From the NCBI RefSeq assembly GCF_000195955.2, contig NC_000962.3, positions 2,730,001 through 2,762,000 of the forward strand: a DNA stretch of 32,000 nucleotides. Direction: 5' to 3'. Positions within the stretch are counted from its first letter, which is position 1, and every line of letters begins with the position of its first letter. The notes beneath the pieces were generated by a model that made no database searches, had not been told where the DNA came from, and saw only the letters and a program-made list of their open reading frames with translations. Below are positions 10,047 through 20,312 of this stretch, one piece after another. The DNA comes from Mycobacterium tuberculosis H37Rv (GTDB lineage: Bacteria; Actinomycetota; Actinomycetes; Mycobacteriales; Mycobacteriaceae). The translations under genes and the position numbers were made by a program.

Positions 10047-10361
10047 TTATGCGATGCCGGTGACCTTCAGGACCGTCAGCTGCTGACGGTGTCCCTGCCG
10101 TTTGTGGTAGCCAGTCTTGTTCTTGAACTTGTGGATACGGATCTTGGGGCCCTTGGTGTGCCCGAGCACCTCACCGGTCACCGCGACCTTGGCCAGTGCC
10201 TTCGCATCGGTGGTGACGGTGGCGCCGTCGACAACCAGAGCCACCGGCAGGGACACCTTCTCCCCCTGCTCGGATTCCAGCTTTTCGACCTTGACCACAT
10301 CTCCGACAGCGACTTTGTACTGCTTGCCGCCGGTCTTGACGATTGCGTAGGTCGCCATCAT
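10047..10361 (-). CDS. rplU: 50S ribosomal protein L21
   Basis: [28 protein letters not shown]...[25 protein letters not shown], canonical bL21, 104 aa. The ORF-track extension to 10667 reads through the leader and is unlikely to be coding. Confidence 0.97.
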
Positions 10362-10501
10362 TGCTCCTGCCTCTTCATACTTCCGCTGCATGCGTTGCGC
10401 TTCGCGCGCGGGCCAGCGGCGGGACGCGTGCTGGGTCTTGGGCGGGCACCTACAACGGACCCCGCATCGTCTCCAGCCGTCAGCCTGGCGACAACTGGTC
10501 A

Positions 10502-10531
10502 AGGGTACGTGACCTGCAACTACGGGGTCAA
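10502..10531 (-). promoter_or_regulatory. Candidate SigA-like promoter for rplU-rpmA-obg-proB
   Basis: Minus-strand TTGACC (10531-10526), 18-nt spacer, TACCCT (10507-10502); predicted start near 10495, about 134 nt upstream of rplU. Confidence 0.45.
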
Positions 10532-10570
10532 ACCAGCGGGGCCTCAGCGAGATCGACGCCAGCACACGAA

Positions 10571-10610
10571 AGTGCGCCGGTAGCGTCGATCTCGACGCTA
10601 CCGGCGCACT
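10571..10610. repeat. Perfect 19-2-19 inverted repeat between divergent rplU and dctA
   Basis: AGTGCGCCGGTAGCGTCGA-TC-TCGACGCTACCGGCGCACT; the arms are exact reverse complements. Confidence 0.97.
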
Positions 10611-10639
10611 CCGGGGCCCGGGTGGTGACGTCATCCGGG

Positions 10640-10667
10640 TTGGACCGCTGATGGCTGCGGCTAACAT
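10640..10667 (+). promoter_or_regulatory. Candidate SigA-like promoter for dctA
   Basis: TTGGAC (10640-10645), 16-nt spacer, TAACAT (10662-10667); the CDS is preceded by GGAGG at 10696-10700. Confidence 0.4.
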
Positions 10668-10708
10668 CGTGCCGAATCGCGTCCGATGTCGATCTGGAGG
10701 AACCGCCG

Positions 10709-12184
10709 ATGACCGCCCCCTTGGATCGTGCGCCGGTCACGGATTTGCCGGCTAACAACAAAGGCCGAGACCGCACCCACTGGCTGTATCTCGCGGTCAT
10801 TTTCGCAGTGATAGCCGGTGTGATCGTGGGGCTGACGGCGCCGTCGACCGGAAAAAGCCTCACGGTGCTCGGGACGGTGTTCGTCAACCTGATCAAGATG
10901 ATGATCGCACCGGTCATCTTCTGCACGATCGTGCTCGGGATCGGCTCGGTGCGCAAAGCCGCGGCCGTGGGCAAGGTCGGCGGGCTGGCTTTGGCCTACT
11001 TTCTAACGATGTCATCGGTGGCGCTCGGGATCGGGTTGATCGTCGGCAACCTACTCAGTCCGGGTAGGGATCTGCACCTTAGGCCTGGTGCGGTCGGAAG
11101 CGGCGCAGCATTGGCCGGCCAGGCTGCGGAGTCACACGGAATCGCTGGGTTCATCCAGCAGATCATTCCGAGGTCGCTCCCCTCAGCCCTTACTGAAGGC
11201 AACGTGCTGCAGGTGTTACTCGTCGCGCTGCTGGTCGGTTTCGCGGTCCAAGGCCTGGGCCCCGCAGGCGAGTCCATCCTGCGTGCCGTCGAGAACCTGC
11301 AAAAGCTGGTGTTCAAGGTGCTCGTGATGGTACTGTGGCTGGCTCCGATCGGCGCGTTCGGTGCGATCGCCAATATCGTCGCCACGACTGGCTTCAACGC
11401 CGTCACCAACCTGCTGCTGCTGATGGCCGGCTTCTACCTGACGTGCGTGGTGTTCGTTTTCGGCGTCCTGGGAGTGCTACTGCGCATCGTGTCGGGTTTG
11501 TCGATCTTTCGGCTGCTGCGCTATCTAGCCCGCGAGTACTTGCTGATCTTCGCAACATCGTCGTCGGAGGTGGTGCTGCCCAGACTGATCACCAAGATGA
11601 AACACTTGGGCGTGCAATCCAGCACGGTCGGCGTGGTGGTGCCGACCGGCTACTCGTTCAATCTTGACGGCACCGCTATCTATCTGACCATGGCGTCGCT
11701 GTTCATCGCCGACGCGATGGGACATCGCTTGACATGGGGCGAGCAGATCGCGCTGCTGGCGTTCATGATCATCGCGTCCAAGGGCGCTGCCGGGGTCAGC
11801 GGTGCGGGCCTTGCGACGCTGGCCGGCGGCCTGCAGGCTCATCGCCCCGAGCTGCTGGACGGTGTCGGGCTGATTGTGGGGATCGACCGGTTCATGTCGG
11901 AAGCCCGTTCGCTCACGAACTTCTCCGGCAACGCCGTCGCAACCATCCTGGTTGCCTCGTGGACAAAGACCATTGACCTGTCCAAAGCCGACGAGGTGTT
12001 GCGCGGTCGTGATCCCTTCGACGAATCGACCATGGTCGATCCCCACGATGAGGAGCCACCCGCCGCCACACCCCACGGGGGCGGCGTCCCGACGAACCCT
12101 GCGCTGTGCGATTTCGAGCAGGTCAGTCTAGGCGGATTGGTGGGCCGGCCGGCCGGCCCGCAACGCGCCGACGTGGACGGGTAG
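10709..12184 (+). CDS. dctA: C4-dicarboxylate/glutamate : cation symporter (DAACS family)
   Basis: 491 aa ORF, multi-TM, with conserved [34 protein letters not shown] and [23 protein letters not shown] motifs. Confidence 0.93.
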
Positions 12185-14984
12185 GGGCCAGCTCCGTGAC
12201 ACCGGGGACGTCGACTTCGCCCGGGGAACCGTCCAAGCCGGCTGCATCCTCCTCGTCGACGTCGGCATCGGCGGCGTCTTCGTCGGAGTCTTCGTCGTCG
12301 GAATCGGAGTCTTCAACGTCGAGATCCTCGTCGAGGTCCTCGTCGTCGAGGTCCTCGAGGTCCTCGTCGGCGTCGAGCTCGTCCTCGTCTTCGTCGGTGT
12401 CCTCGGTGTCCTCGAAGTCCGCTTGGGCGGTGTCGTCGAGGTCAGTGGGCGGTTGATCGCCGGCCTGCTCGGCGAGTTCGGCAGCGGGCTCCCCGGATTC
12501 CTCGTCACCGCGACCAGCCAGCGAGGACAAGCCCGCTGCCATCGCCTTGAACATGGGATGCTCACCGGGAGCGTGCACGGGGACCTTGGCGACCATGCTC
12601 CTATCACTGGACTCTTCGGACCGGCTCTTTTTCGATCGCTTGCCCCGCCGAGCACCGGGCTCAGACTTTCGCCCAGTCGCCGCGGCCGAATCGACCGGGT
12701 CGGCGTGCAGCAGGATCCCGCGGCCACTGCAGTTCGGACACGATGTGGAGAACGCTTCGATCAGTCCGGTTCCCAACCGCTTGCGAGTCAACTGCACCAG
12801 CCCCAGCGACGTCACCTCGGACACCTGGTGGCGGGTGCGATCGCGGGCCAGCGACTCGGTCAACCGGCGCAACACCAAGTCGCGGTTGGACTCCAGCACC
12901 ATGTCGATGAAGTCGATGACCACGATGCCGCCGATATCGCGCAGCCGCAGCTGGCGCACGATCTCCTCGGCCGCTTCCAGATTGTTCTTGGTGACCGTCT
13001 GCTCGAGGTTGCCCCCGGCTCCGGTGAATTTACCGGTGTTGACGTCAATGACCGTCATGGCTTCGGTCCGGTCGATCACCAGCGTCCCGCCCGACGGCAA
13101 CCACACCTTGCGGTCCATCGCTTTGGCCAGCTGCTCGTCAATGCGGTGCACCGTGAAGACGTCCGGCGCGGACTGGCCATCCGGCCCGTCAGCGGACTCG
13201 TACTTGGTCAACTTCGAAACCAATTCGGGAGCAACAGAATTCACGTATTCATTGATCGTGTTCCAAGCCTCGTCGCCGGAAACGATGAGGCCGACGAAGT
13301 CCTCGTTGAACAGGTCACGGATAACCTTGACCAGCACGTCCGGTTCTTCGTACAGCGCCACCGCAGCGCCCGCGGCCTTCTCCTTGGTCTCTTGTGCCTT
13401 GGCCTCGATCTGCTCCCAGCGTTCCCGTAGCCGAGCGACGTCTGCGCGAATGTCGTCCTCTTTGACGCCCTCAGACGCGGTACGGATGATGACCCCAGCG
13501 TCAGACGGCACCACCTCGCGCAGGATCTCCTTGAGCCGCTGACGTTCAGTGTCGGGCAGCTTGCGGCTGATCCCGGTCGACGACGCGCCCGGCACATAAA
13601 CCAGAAATCGACCGGCCAGCGACACCTGCGTGGTCAGCCGCGCGCCCTTATGCCCTACCGGGTCCTTGCTGACCTGCACCACGACATAGTCGCCGGGTTT
13701 GAGGGCCTGCTCGATCTTGCGATCGGCCCCGCCCAACCCCGCTGCATCCCAATTGACTTCACCGGCGTAGAGCACTCCATTGCGACCGCGCCCGATGTCG
13801 ACGAACGCCGCCTCCATCGACGGCAGCACGTTCTGCACAATTCCCAGGTAGATGTTGCCCACCAGGGAAGCCGAGGCCGCAGACGTCACGAAATGCTCCA
13901 CGACGATACCGTCTTCGAGCACCGCAATCTGGGTGTACCGCGTGCCCGGCAGCGGTGGCTCGGTGCGGACCCGGTCGCGCACCACCATCACCCGCTCGAC
14001 CGCCTCACGGCGAGCCAGAAACTCGGCCTCACTCAACACCGGTGGGCGGCGCCGGCCGGCGTCGCGCCCGTCGCGGCGGCGTTGCCGCTTGGCTTCCAGG
14101 CGGGTCGAGCCGTCGATGCCCTTGATCTCAGTGGAGCCAGAGCCGCCATCCTGCGAGTTGCCGGCCTTGTCACCCGCGCGGGGCACGCGTTCGTGTACGA
14201 CAGTGTTGGGCGGATCGTCAGGCAACGGGCCCTCTAACGCAGCGTCGTTGTCGTCACCAGAAGCCGACTTACGCCGTCGCCGGCGGCGCCGGCGACGATT
14301 GCCGGCCTCCAGCGAACCGTTTTCGTCCTCGCCGTTGTCACCGGCTTCGGTATCTTCGGAATCTCGATCGTCGCCGTCGTCGGTTTCGGCGGCGTCCGCG
14401 CTGGTAAATTGTTGGGCCCGGGGCTCGGATTGCTGGTCAACCGGATCACCGTCGGATCCACCCTGCTCCCCGCGTCCGCGACCGCGACCCCGACGGCCGC
14501 GACGTCGCCGCCGGTTCGCCGGCCGGTCTAGCTGCCCTTCGTCGTCAGCGTCGGAATCGTCGGCGACGTAGTCGGGGCCATCGTCGACGTCCTCGTCGTC
14601 CGCTAACGGCTCGGGAATCGGCTGGGGCGCGACGAACAGCGGCATATAGTGCGGCCGCTCCACGTCGGCATTCCGAGTCTCCTGGGTCTCTAGCATCAGC
14701 CGGGACTCGGGTTCCTCGGACGCTTCGGGCGCATGGACCGAGGCCGCCAGCACGCCGGCAGTCTCGAGATGAGTGGCCAGCAGATCGCGCACCCGGACCG
14801 CATCGACGCGATCCACCGTGGAATGTGCGCTGCGGACCCGTCCGTCGAGCGCGGTGAGCGCATCCAGCACCCGCCTGCTGGTGGTTCCCAGCGTTCGTGC
14901 CAGCGAATGGACTCTTAGGCGGTCCGGCAGTTCCTCATGCTGGCTCGGTTCTGGTGGATCTGAAGGTGGGGCACCGTCTATCAC
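12123..14984 (-). CDS. rne: Ribonuclease E/G
   Basis: 953 aa ORF with catalytic core (GNIYLGIVQNVLPSMEAAFVDIGRGRNGVLY; GGIVVIDFIDMVL; Zn-link-like CPNCSGRG) flanked by long acidic/basic low-complexity arms, as expected for mycobacterial RNase E. Confidence 0.95.
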   Translation of the reverse strand: MIDGAPPSDPPEPSQHEELPDRLRVHSLARTLGTTSRRVLDALTALDGRVRSAHSTVDRVDAVRVRDLLATHLETAGVLAASVHAPEASEEPESRLMLETQETRNADVERPHYMPLFVAPQPIPEPLADDEDVDDGPDYVADDSDADDEGQLDRPANRRRRRGRRGRGRGRGEQGGSDGDPVDQQSEPRAQQFTSADAAETDDGDDRDSEDTEAGDNGEDENGSLEAGNRRRRRRRRRKSASGDDNDAALEGPLPDDPPNTVVHERVPRAGDKAGNSQDGGSGSTEIKGIDGSTRLEAKRQRRRDGRDAGRRRPPVLSEAEFLARREAVERVMVVRDRVRTEPPLPGTRYTQIAVLEDGIVVEHFVTSAASASLVGNIYLGIVQNVLPSMEAAFVDIGRGRNGVLYAGEVNWDAAGLGGADRKIEQALKPGDYVVVQVSKDPVGHKGARLTTQVSLAGRFLVYVPGASSTGISRKLPDTERQRLKEILREVVPSDAGVIIRTASEGVKEDDIRADVARLRERWEQIEAKAQETKEKAAGAAVALYEEPDVLVKVIRDLFNEDFVGLIVSGDEAWNTINEYVNSVAPELVSKLTKYESADGPDGQSAPDVFTVHRIDEQLAKAMDRKVWLPSGGTLVIDRTEAMTVIDVNTGKFTGAGGNLEQTVTKNNLEAAEEIVRQLRLRDIGGIVVIDFIDMVLESNRDLVLRRLTESLARDRTRHQVSEVTSLGLVQLTRKRLGTGLIEAFSTSCPNCSGRGILLHADPVDSAAATGRKSEPGARRGKRSKKSRSEESSDRSMVAKVPVHAPGEHPMFKAMAAGLSSLAGRGDEESGEPAAELAEQAGDQPPTDLDDTAQADFEDTEDTDEDEDELDADEDLEDLDDEDLDEDLDVEDSDSDDEDSDEDAADADVDEEDAAGLDGSPGEVDVPGVTELAPTRPRRRVAGRPAGPPIRLD
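12255..12420 (-). repeat. Low-complexity Asp/Glu-encoding tract in the C-terminal arm of rne
   Basis: Iterated gtcctcgtc/gtcttcgtc units encoding ...DTEDTDEDEDELDADEDLEDLDDEDLDEDLDVEDSDSDDEDSDEDAADADVDEEDAA. Confidence 0.9.
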
Positions 14985-15313
14985 GTATTCTCCTCAAGCC
15001 CCCGGGCGCGTCTTGATCGACGCGGCCACGCGAGGGCTTCGCTATCTGCCCGGGTCACTTGTCTCCCGAGCTTGTGATGGTCTTGTCCCGAGCAGCTCAT
15101 GACGAACCCACTCGGCACCGTGCTGAATGACGGCCCGACATGCCGCGCCGCATCGAAGGATGGCGATGGTCGCGGTTGCCTAAGTCTTCATTCGGGCGTC
15201 CGACACCGCTTCGGCGACGTTCACCCGTCATCAGTATCCCACATCACTGGGCCGAGTCACCTTCCCTTGAGCTGGGGTGCTGCCCAAGCCGCCCGGGATC
15301 GGCGCACCCGGAG

Positions 15314-15724
15314 CTAGGCGCCGGGAAACCAGAGCGCGATTTCGCGCTGCGCGGATTCGGCCGAATCAGACCCGTGCACCAGGTTGAACTGCGTCTCTAG
15401 AGCGAAGTCGCCCCGGATTGTGCCGGGCGCCGCCGCCTGCACCGGGTCGGTGCCGCCGGCGAGTTGGCGAACCGCCGCGATGGCTCGGGTTCCCTCCACG
15501 ATCGCCGCTACCACCGGACCCGACGTGATGAACTCCAGCAACGATCCAAAGAATGGTTTGCCTTCATGTTCGGCGTAGTGCTGGCTGGCCAACTCCGCGC
15601 TGACGGTCCTGAGCTGCAGCGCAGCGATGGTGAGGCCTTTGCGCTCGATGCGGCTGATGATCTCGCCGATCAGCTGCCTTTCGATGCCATCCGGCTTGAT
15701 CAGTACCAGAGTCCGTTCGGTCAC
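15314..15724 (-). CDS. ndk: Nucleoside diphosphate kinase
   Basis: [30 protein letters not shown]...IRGDFA...[20 protein letters not shown]; probable GTG start at 15724 (136 aa). Confidence 0.96.
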   Translation of the reverse strand: MTERTLVLIKPDGIERQLIGEIISRIERKGLTIAALQLRTVSAELASQHYAEHEGKPFFGSLLEFITSGPVVAAIVEGTRAIAAVRQLAGGTDPVQAAAPGTIRGDFALETQFNLVHGSDSAESAQREIALWFPGA

Positions 15725-15766
15725 GGTGCCCAACACTAGATGCCGCAAGATGTATGCCCAAACCGG

Positions 15767-16138
15767 TCATTGCGACACCCGGTAATCCCGACGCCGCCGC
15801 ACCTCGGCACGCAAATACGCGATCAGGACCCACAACGCGGCGAACAGCACGCCAATGAAACCCACACCCGGGTACACGGCGAAGCCGGCAACCAGCACCG
15901 GTTGTGCGCCCAGGTTCACCCAGATTGCCCAGGGTCTGCGCTGCAGCCCGGTCAGCAGTATCAACAGCACGGCCAGACCGACCAAATAGCCCAGCGAGGC
16001 CGGACGCAGCCCACCGCCGACCGCGTCCACTACCGGTATTGCCAGCAGCACCACGATCGCCTCGAGGATCAGCGTCGCCGCCATCACCGCGCTGAATCCC
16101 TTCCACGGGTCAGCCGGCTCACGCGACCGGTCGGTCAT
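15767..16138 (-). CDS. Small integral membrane protein of unknown function (DUF4233-like position downstream of folC)
   Basis: 123 aa ORF with several hydrophobic segments; 4-bp overlap with folC indicates translational coupling. Confidence 0.85.
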   Translation of the reverse strand: MTDRSREPADPWKGFSAVMAATLILEAIVVLLAIPVVDAVGGGLRPASLGYLVGLAVLLILLTGLQRRPWAIWVNLGAQPVLVAGFAVYPGVGFIGVLFAALWVLIAYLRAEVRRRRDYRVSQ

Positions 16139-17598
16139 TGCGGATCACGACCGAACAAGGTCCGAGCCGCCCCTGCGGTGACAACCGAGCCGGTGATGAC
16201 GATCCCGGTTCTCGAGAATGCGTCCCCGGCCACATCCGGGTCGGCGGCGGCGTCGTCGACCAGTGAGGTGGCAACGTCGATAGCATCGCGCAGGTTCTCG
16301 GCGGTGCGCACCCGGTCGGGTCCGAACCGCTCGCCGGCCGCCAGCGCCAGGGCCTCGACATCCAGCGCCCGCGGCGACCCGTTGTGGGTCACGACGACGG
16401 AATCGAACACCGGCTCCAGTGCGGCCAGGATGCCGTCCACGTCCTTGTCGCCCAGCACGCTGAGCACCCCGACCAGAAATCGGAAGTCGAACTCATGCGC
16501 CAGCGTTTGTGCCAGAGCACTCGCCCCGGCCGGATTGTGCGCGGCGTCGATGAACACCGTGGGTGCGCTGCGCATGCGCTCCAACCGGCCGGGACTGGTG
16601 ACGGCGGCAAAGCCGGCCCGGACGGCGTCGCCGTCGAGCTGACGCTGCGCACCGGCACCGAAAAAGGCCTCGACGGAAGCGAGGGCGAGCACCGCGTTGT
16701 GCGCCTGGTGTTCACCGTGCAGCGGCAAGTAGATGTCGGAGTAAACCCCGCCGAGGCCCTGCAGTTGCAGTACCTGACCGCCGACCGCGATCTGTCGCCG
16801 TAGCACCGCGAATTCGGAATCCTCCCGGGCCACCGACGCGTCGGCGCGCACCGATTCGGCCAGCAGCACCTCCATGACCTTCGGGACCTGACGCCCGATG
16901 ACCGCGACGGTGTCCGGCGAACCGTCGGGGGCCCGAGTGATGATGCCCGCCTTCTCCCCGGCGATCCCGGCGATATCGGCACCGAGATAGTCGACGTGAT
17001 CAATGCTGATCGGGGTGATGACGGCGACCGGTGCGTTGATCACGTTGGTGGCGTCCCAACGTCCGCCCATGCCCACCTCGACCACTGCCACGTCGACGGG
17101 CGCGTCCGCAAAGGCCGCGAACGCCATCGCGGTGAGCACCTCGAACTTGCTCATCGCCGGGCCACCCTTACCCGCAGAAGCCTGCGACTGCTGGTCGATC
17201 AGCGCCACCAACGGCTCGATCTCCCGGTAGGTCGCCACATACTGCGCCGGGCTGATCGGCTTGCCGTCGATCGAAATGCGTTCCACCGGTGACTGCAGGT
17301 GTGGGCTGGTGGTTCGGCCGGTGCGCCGGTGCAGCGCGGTGACCAGCGCGTCGACCATGCGCGCCACCGAGGTCTTGCCGTTGGTGCCCGCGATATGGAT
17401 CGACGGATAGCTGCGTTGGGGCGAGCCCAGCAGGTCCATCAACGCGCTGATCCGGGTCAGGCTCGGATCGATGCGGGTCTCCGGCCAGCGTTGGTCGAGT
17501 AGATGCTCAACCTGCAGCAGGGACGCGATCTCGTCCGGAGTGGGCACGACGCCGGTGGCCGATCCCGAGTCAGGCGGGCCGGAATTCGTCGAATTCAT
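16135..17598 (-). CDS. folC: Folylpolyglutamate synthase / dihydrofolate synthase
   Basis: 487 aa ORF; [21 protein letters not shown]-loop and ...[23 protein letters not shown] Mur-ligase/FolC motifs. Confidence 0.95.
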
Positions 17599-20225
17599 TG
17601 CAGCGCAGCCAACCGGGTGGTGATGCGCTCGGTTTCCTGCTGCGCCACGCGCTGGCGGTCCCGGATCTTGGCAATGACGGCGTCGGGCGCTTTGGCCAGA
17701 AAGTCCGCGTTGGCCAACTTGGCGGCGGTCGACGCCAGCTCCTTTTGGGCGCCGGCCAACTCCTTTTCCAGGCGGCGACGCTCGGCGGCCACGTCGATGG
17801 TGCCCGAGGTGTCGAGCTCGACGACGACGGTGCGGTTCATCTCGGGGCCGAGCCGAACCTCCAACGAGACCGACGGCTCAAAATCCGGGCCCGGCTCGGT
17901 GAGCCACGCCAGCGAGGTCACGGCGGCCACCTGGTTGCTCAGATCCGAGTCCCGCACACCGTGCATTCGGGCCGGAACCTTCTGCCGGTCGGCCAGACCT
18001 TGATCGCTGCGGAACCGCCGCACTTCGGTCACCAACTTCTGCATATCGTTAATCCGTTGCGCGGCAACAAGGTCCACGCTAATCCCGGAAGGCTCCGGCC
18101 AGTCGGCGCTGACCAGCGATTCCCTGCCGGTCAGCGCCAGCCATAGCGCCTCGGTGAGGAAGGGAATCACCGGGTGCAGCAGGCGCAGCAGCGTGTCCAG
18201 CCCGGCGGCCAGCACGGCGGTGGTGTGTGTGAGTCCCTGGGCAAGCTGCGTTTTGGCCAGTTCGAGGTACCAGTCGCAGAATTCGTCCCAGGCGAAGTGA
18301 TACAGGGACTCACAAGCGCGGCTGAACTCGTATCCGTCGAAGGCCGAATCAACTTCGGCCCGAACCTCTTCCAACCTTCCGAGAATCCAGCGGTCGGCGT
18401 CGGTCAGCTCGTTCGGCGATGGCAGGGGTGCTGGCGCGGCGCCATTGAGCAGTGCGTACCGAGTGGCGTTGAACAGCTTGGTCCCGAAATTGCGCGACGC
18501 CCGCACGGCATCCTCGCTCACCGCCAAGTCACCACCGGGACTGGCCCCGCGGGCCAGCGTGAACCGCAGCGCATCGGCCCCGAACATTTCCACCCAATCC
18601 AGCGGGTCGATGACGTTGCCCTTGGACTTGCTCATCTTGCGGCCAGACTCGTCGCGGATCAGCCCATGCAGAAACACGTCGGTGAACGGCACCTGCGGGC
18701 CCCGGCGGCCGTCGAGGGTGATGGCGGCGTCGTCGCCGACGAAGGTGCCGAACATCATCATTCTGGCCACCCAAAAGAACAAGATGTCATAGCCGGTAAC
18801 CAGAACGCTTGTCGGATAGAACTTTTCCAGCTCCGCCGTCTTGTCCGGCCAACCCAGCGTGGAAAACGGCCACAGCGCCGACGAAAACCAGGTATCCAGC
18901 ACGTCAGGATCCTGTTCCCAGCCCTGCGGGGGTGTTTCGTCCGGGCCGACGCACACCTGTTCGCCGTCGGGTCCGTACCAGATCGGGATCCGATGCCCCC
19001 ACCAGAGCTGTCGCGAGATGCACCAGTCGTGCATGTCGTCGACCCAGGAGAACCAGCGGGGTTCCATGCTGGCCGGGTGAATCACGGTGTCCCCGTTGCG
19101 CACCGCATCCCCGGCCGCTTTGGCCAGCGATTCCACCCGGACCCACCACTGCAGGGATAGCCGCGGCTCGATCGGCTCGCCGCTGCGTTCGGAGTGTCCG
19201 ACGCTGTGCAGGTAGGGTCGCTTTTCTTCGACCACGCGGCCCTGGGCCGCGAGCGCTTGGCGCACCGCGACCCGTGCCTCGAAGCGGTCCATGCCGTCGA
19301 ATCGCGTTCCGGTGTCGACGATCCGGCCCTTGGTGTCCAGGATCGAGGGCATCGGCAGCTGGTGGCGCACCCCGATTTCGAAGTCGTTGGGGTCGTGGGC
19401 GGGTGTGACTTTGACCGCGCCGGTGCCGAATTCAGGGTCCACGTGCTCGTCGGCGACAATGGCCAGCTCCCGGTCGACGAATGGGTGCGCCAGGCTGGTG
19501 CCGACCAGGTGACGGTAGCGCTCGTCATCGGGATGGACGGCGATCGCGGTATCGCCCAGCATCGTCTCGACCCGGGTGGTGGCGACCACGATGTGGGGTT
19601 GCGAGTCGTCAAGCGAGCCGTACCTAAACGACACCAGCTCGCCTTCGACGTCGCGGTAGTTGACCTCGAGGTCGGAGATCGCGGTCTGCAGCACCGGCGA
19701 CCAGTTGACCAGCCGCTCGGCCCGATAGATCAGCCCGGCGTCATAAAGCCGCTTGAAGATCGTGCGCACCGCCCGCGACAGACCTTCGTCCATGGTGAAC
19801 CGGTCGCGGCTCCAGTCCACCCCGTCACCGAGTCGGCGCATCTGGCCGCCGATGGCACCGCCAGACTCTCGCTTCCAATCCCACACCTTGTCCACGAACA
19901 GCTCGCGGCCGAGGTCTTCTTTAGTCTTGCCGTCGACCGCCAGCTGCTGCTCGACCACGCTCTGGGTGGCGATCCCGGCATGGTCGGTGCCCGGCTGCCA
20001 GAGCACCTCATAGCCCTGCATCCGCTTGCGCCGCGTCAAGGCGTCCATCATGGTGTGTTCCAGCGCGTGGCCCATGTGCAGGCTGCCGGTCACGTTCGGC
20101 GGCGGCAGCACGATCGAATAGGCCGGCTTGGTGCTGGTCGGGTCCGCGGTGAAGTAGCCAGCGTCCAGCCACTTCTGATAGATGGCGCTCTCCATCGCGG
20201 CCGGATCCCACGACTTGGGCAGCAT
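17595..20225 (-). CDS. valS: Valyl-tRNA synthetase
   Basis: HIGH-like [15 protein letters not shown] and KMSKS ([16 protein letters not shown]); conserved start probably [12 protein letters not shown] at 20225 (876 aa); 4-bp overlap with folC. Confidence 0.96.
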
Positions 20226-20312
20226 ATCGGCGGCAGGGTGAGGGCTGGCGGTCACCGATCAATTCTAGGAACCGCTTCACACCGGCATGAAAGCGCCCGA
20301 AACCGCCCGGAT

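Noticed and set aside
10362-10667. N-terminal extension of rplU in the ORF track
   Set aside because: Canonical L21 starts at [16 protein letters not shown]; the extension crosses a predicted promoter and the 40-bp palindrome and has no ribosomal-protein similarity.
12255-12420. CRISPR or VNTR-like array suggested by repeated gtcctcgtc units
   Set aside because: Units are short, irregular, without spacers, and fully explained as Asp/Glu codons in the rne acidic arm.
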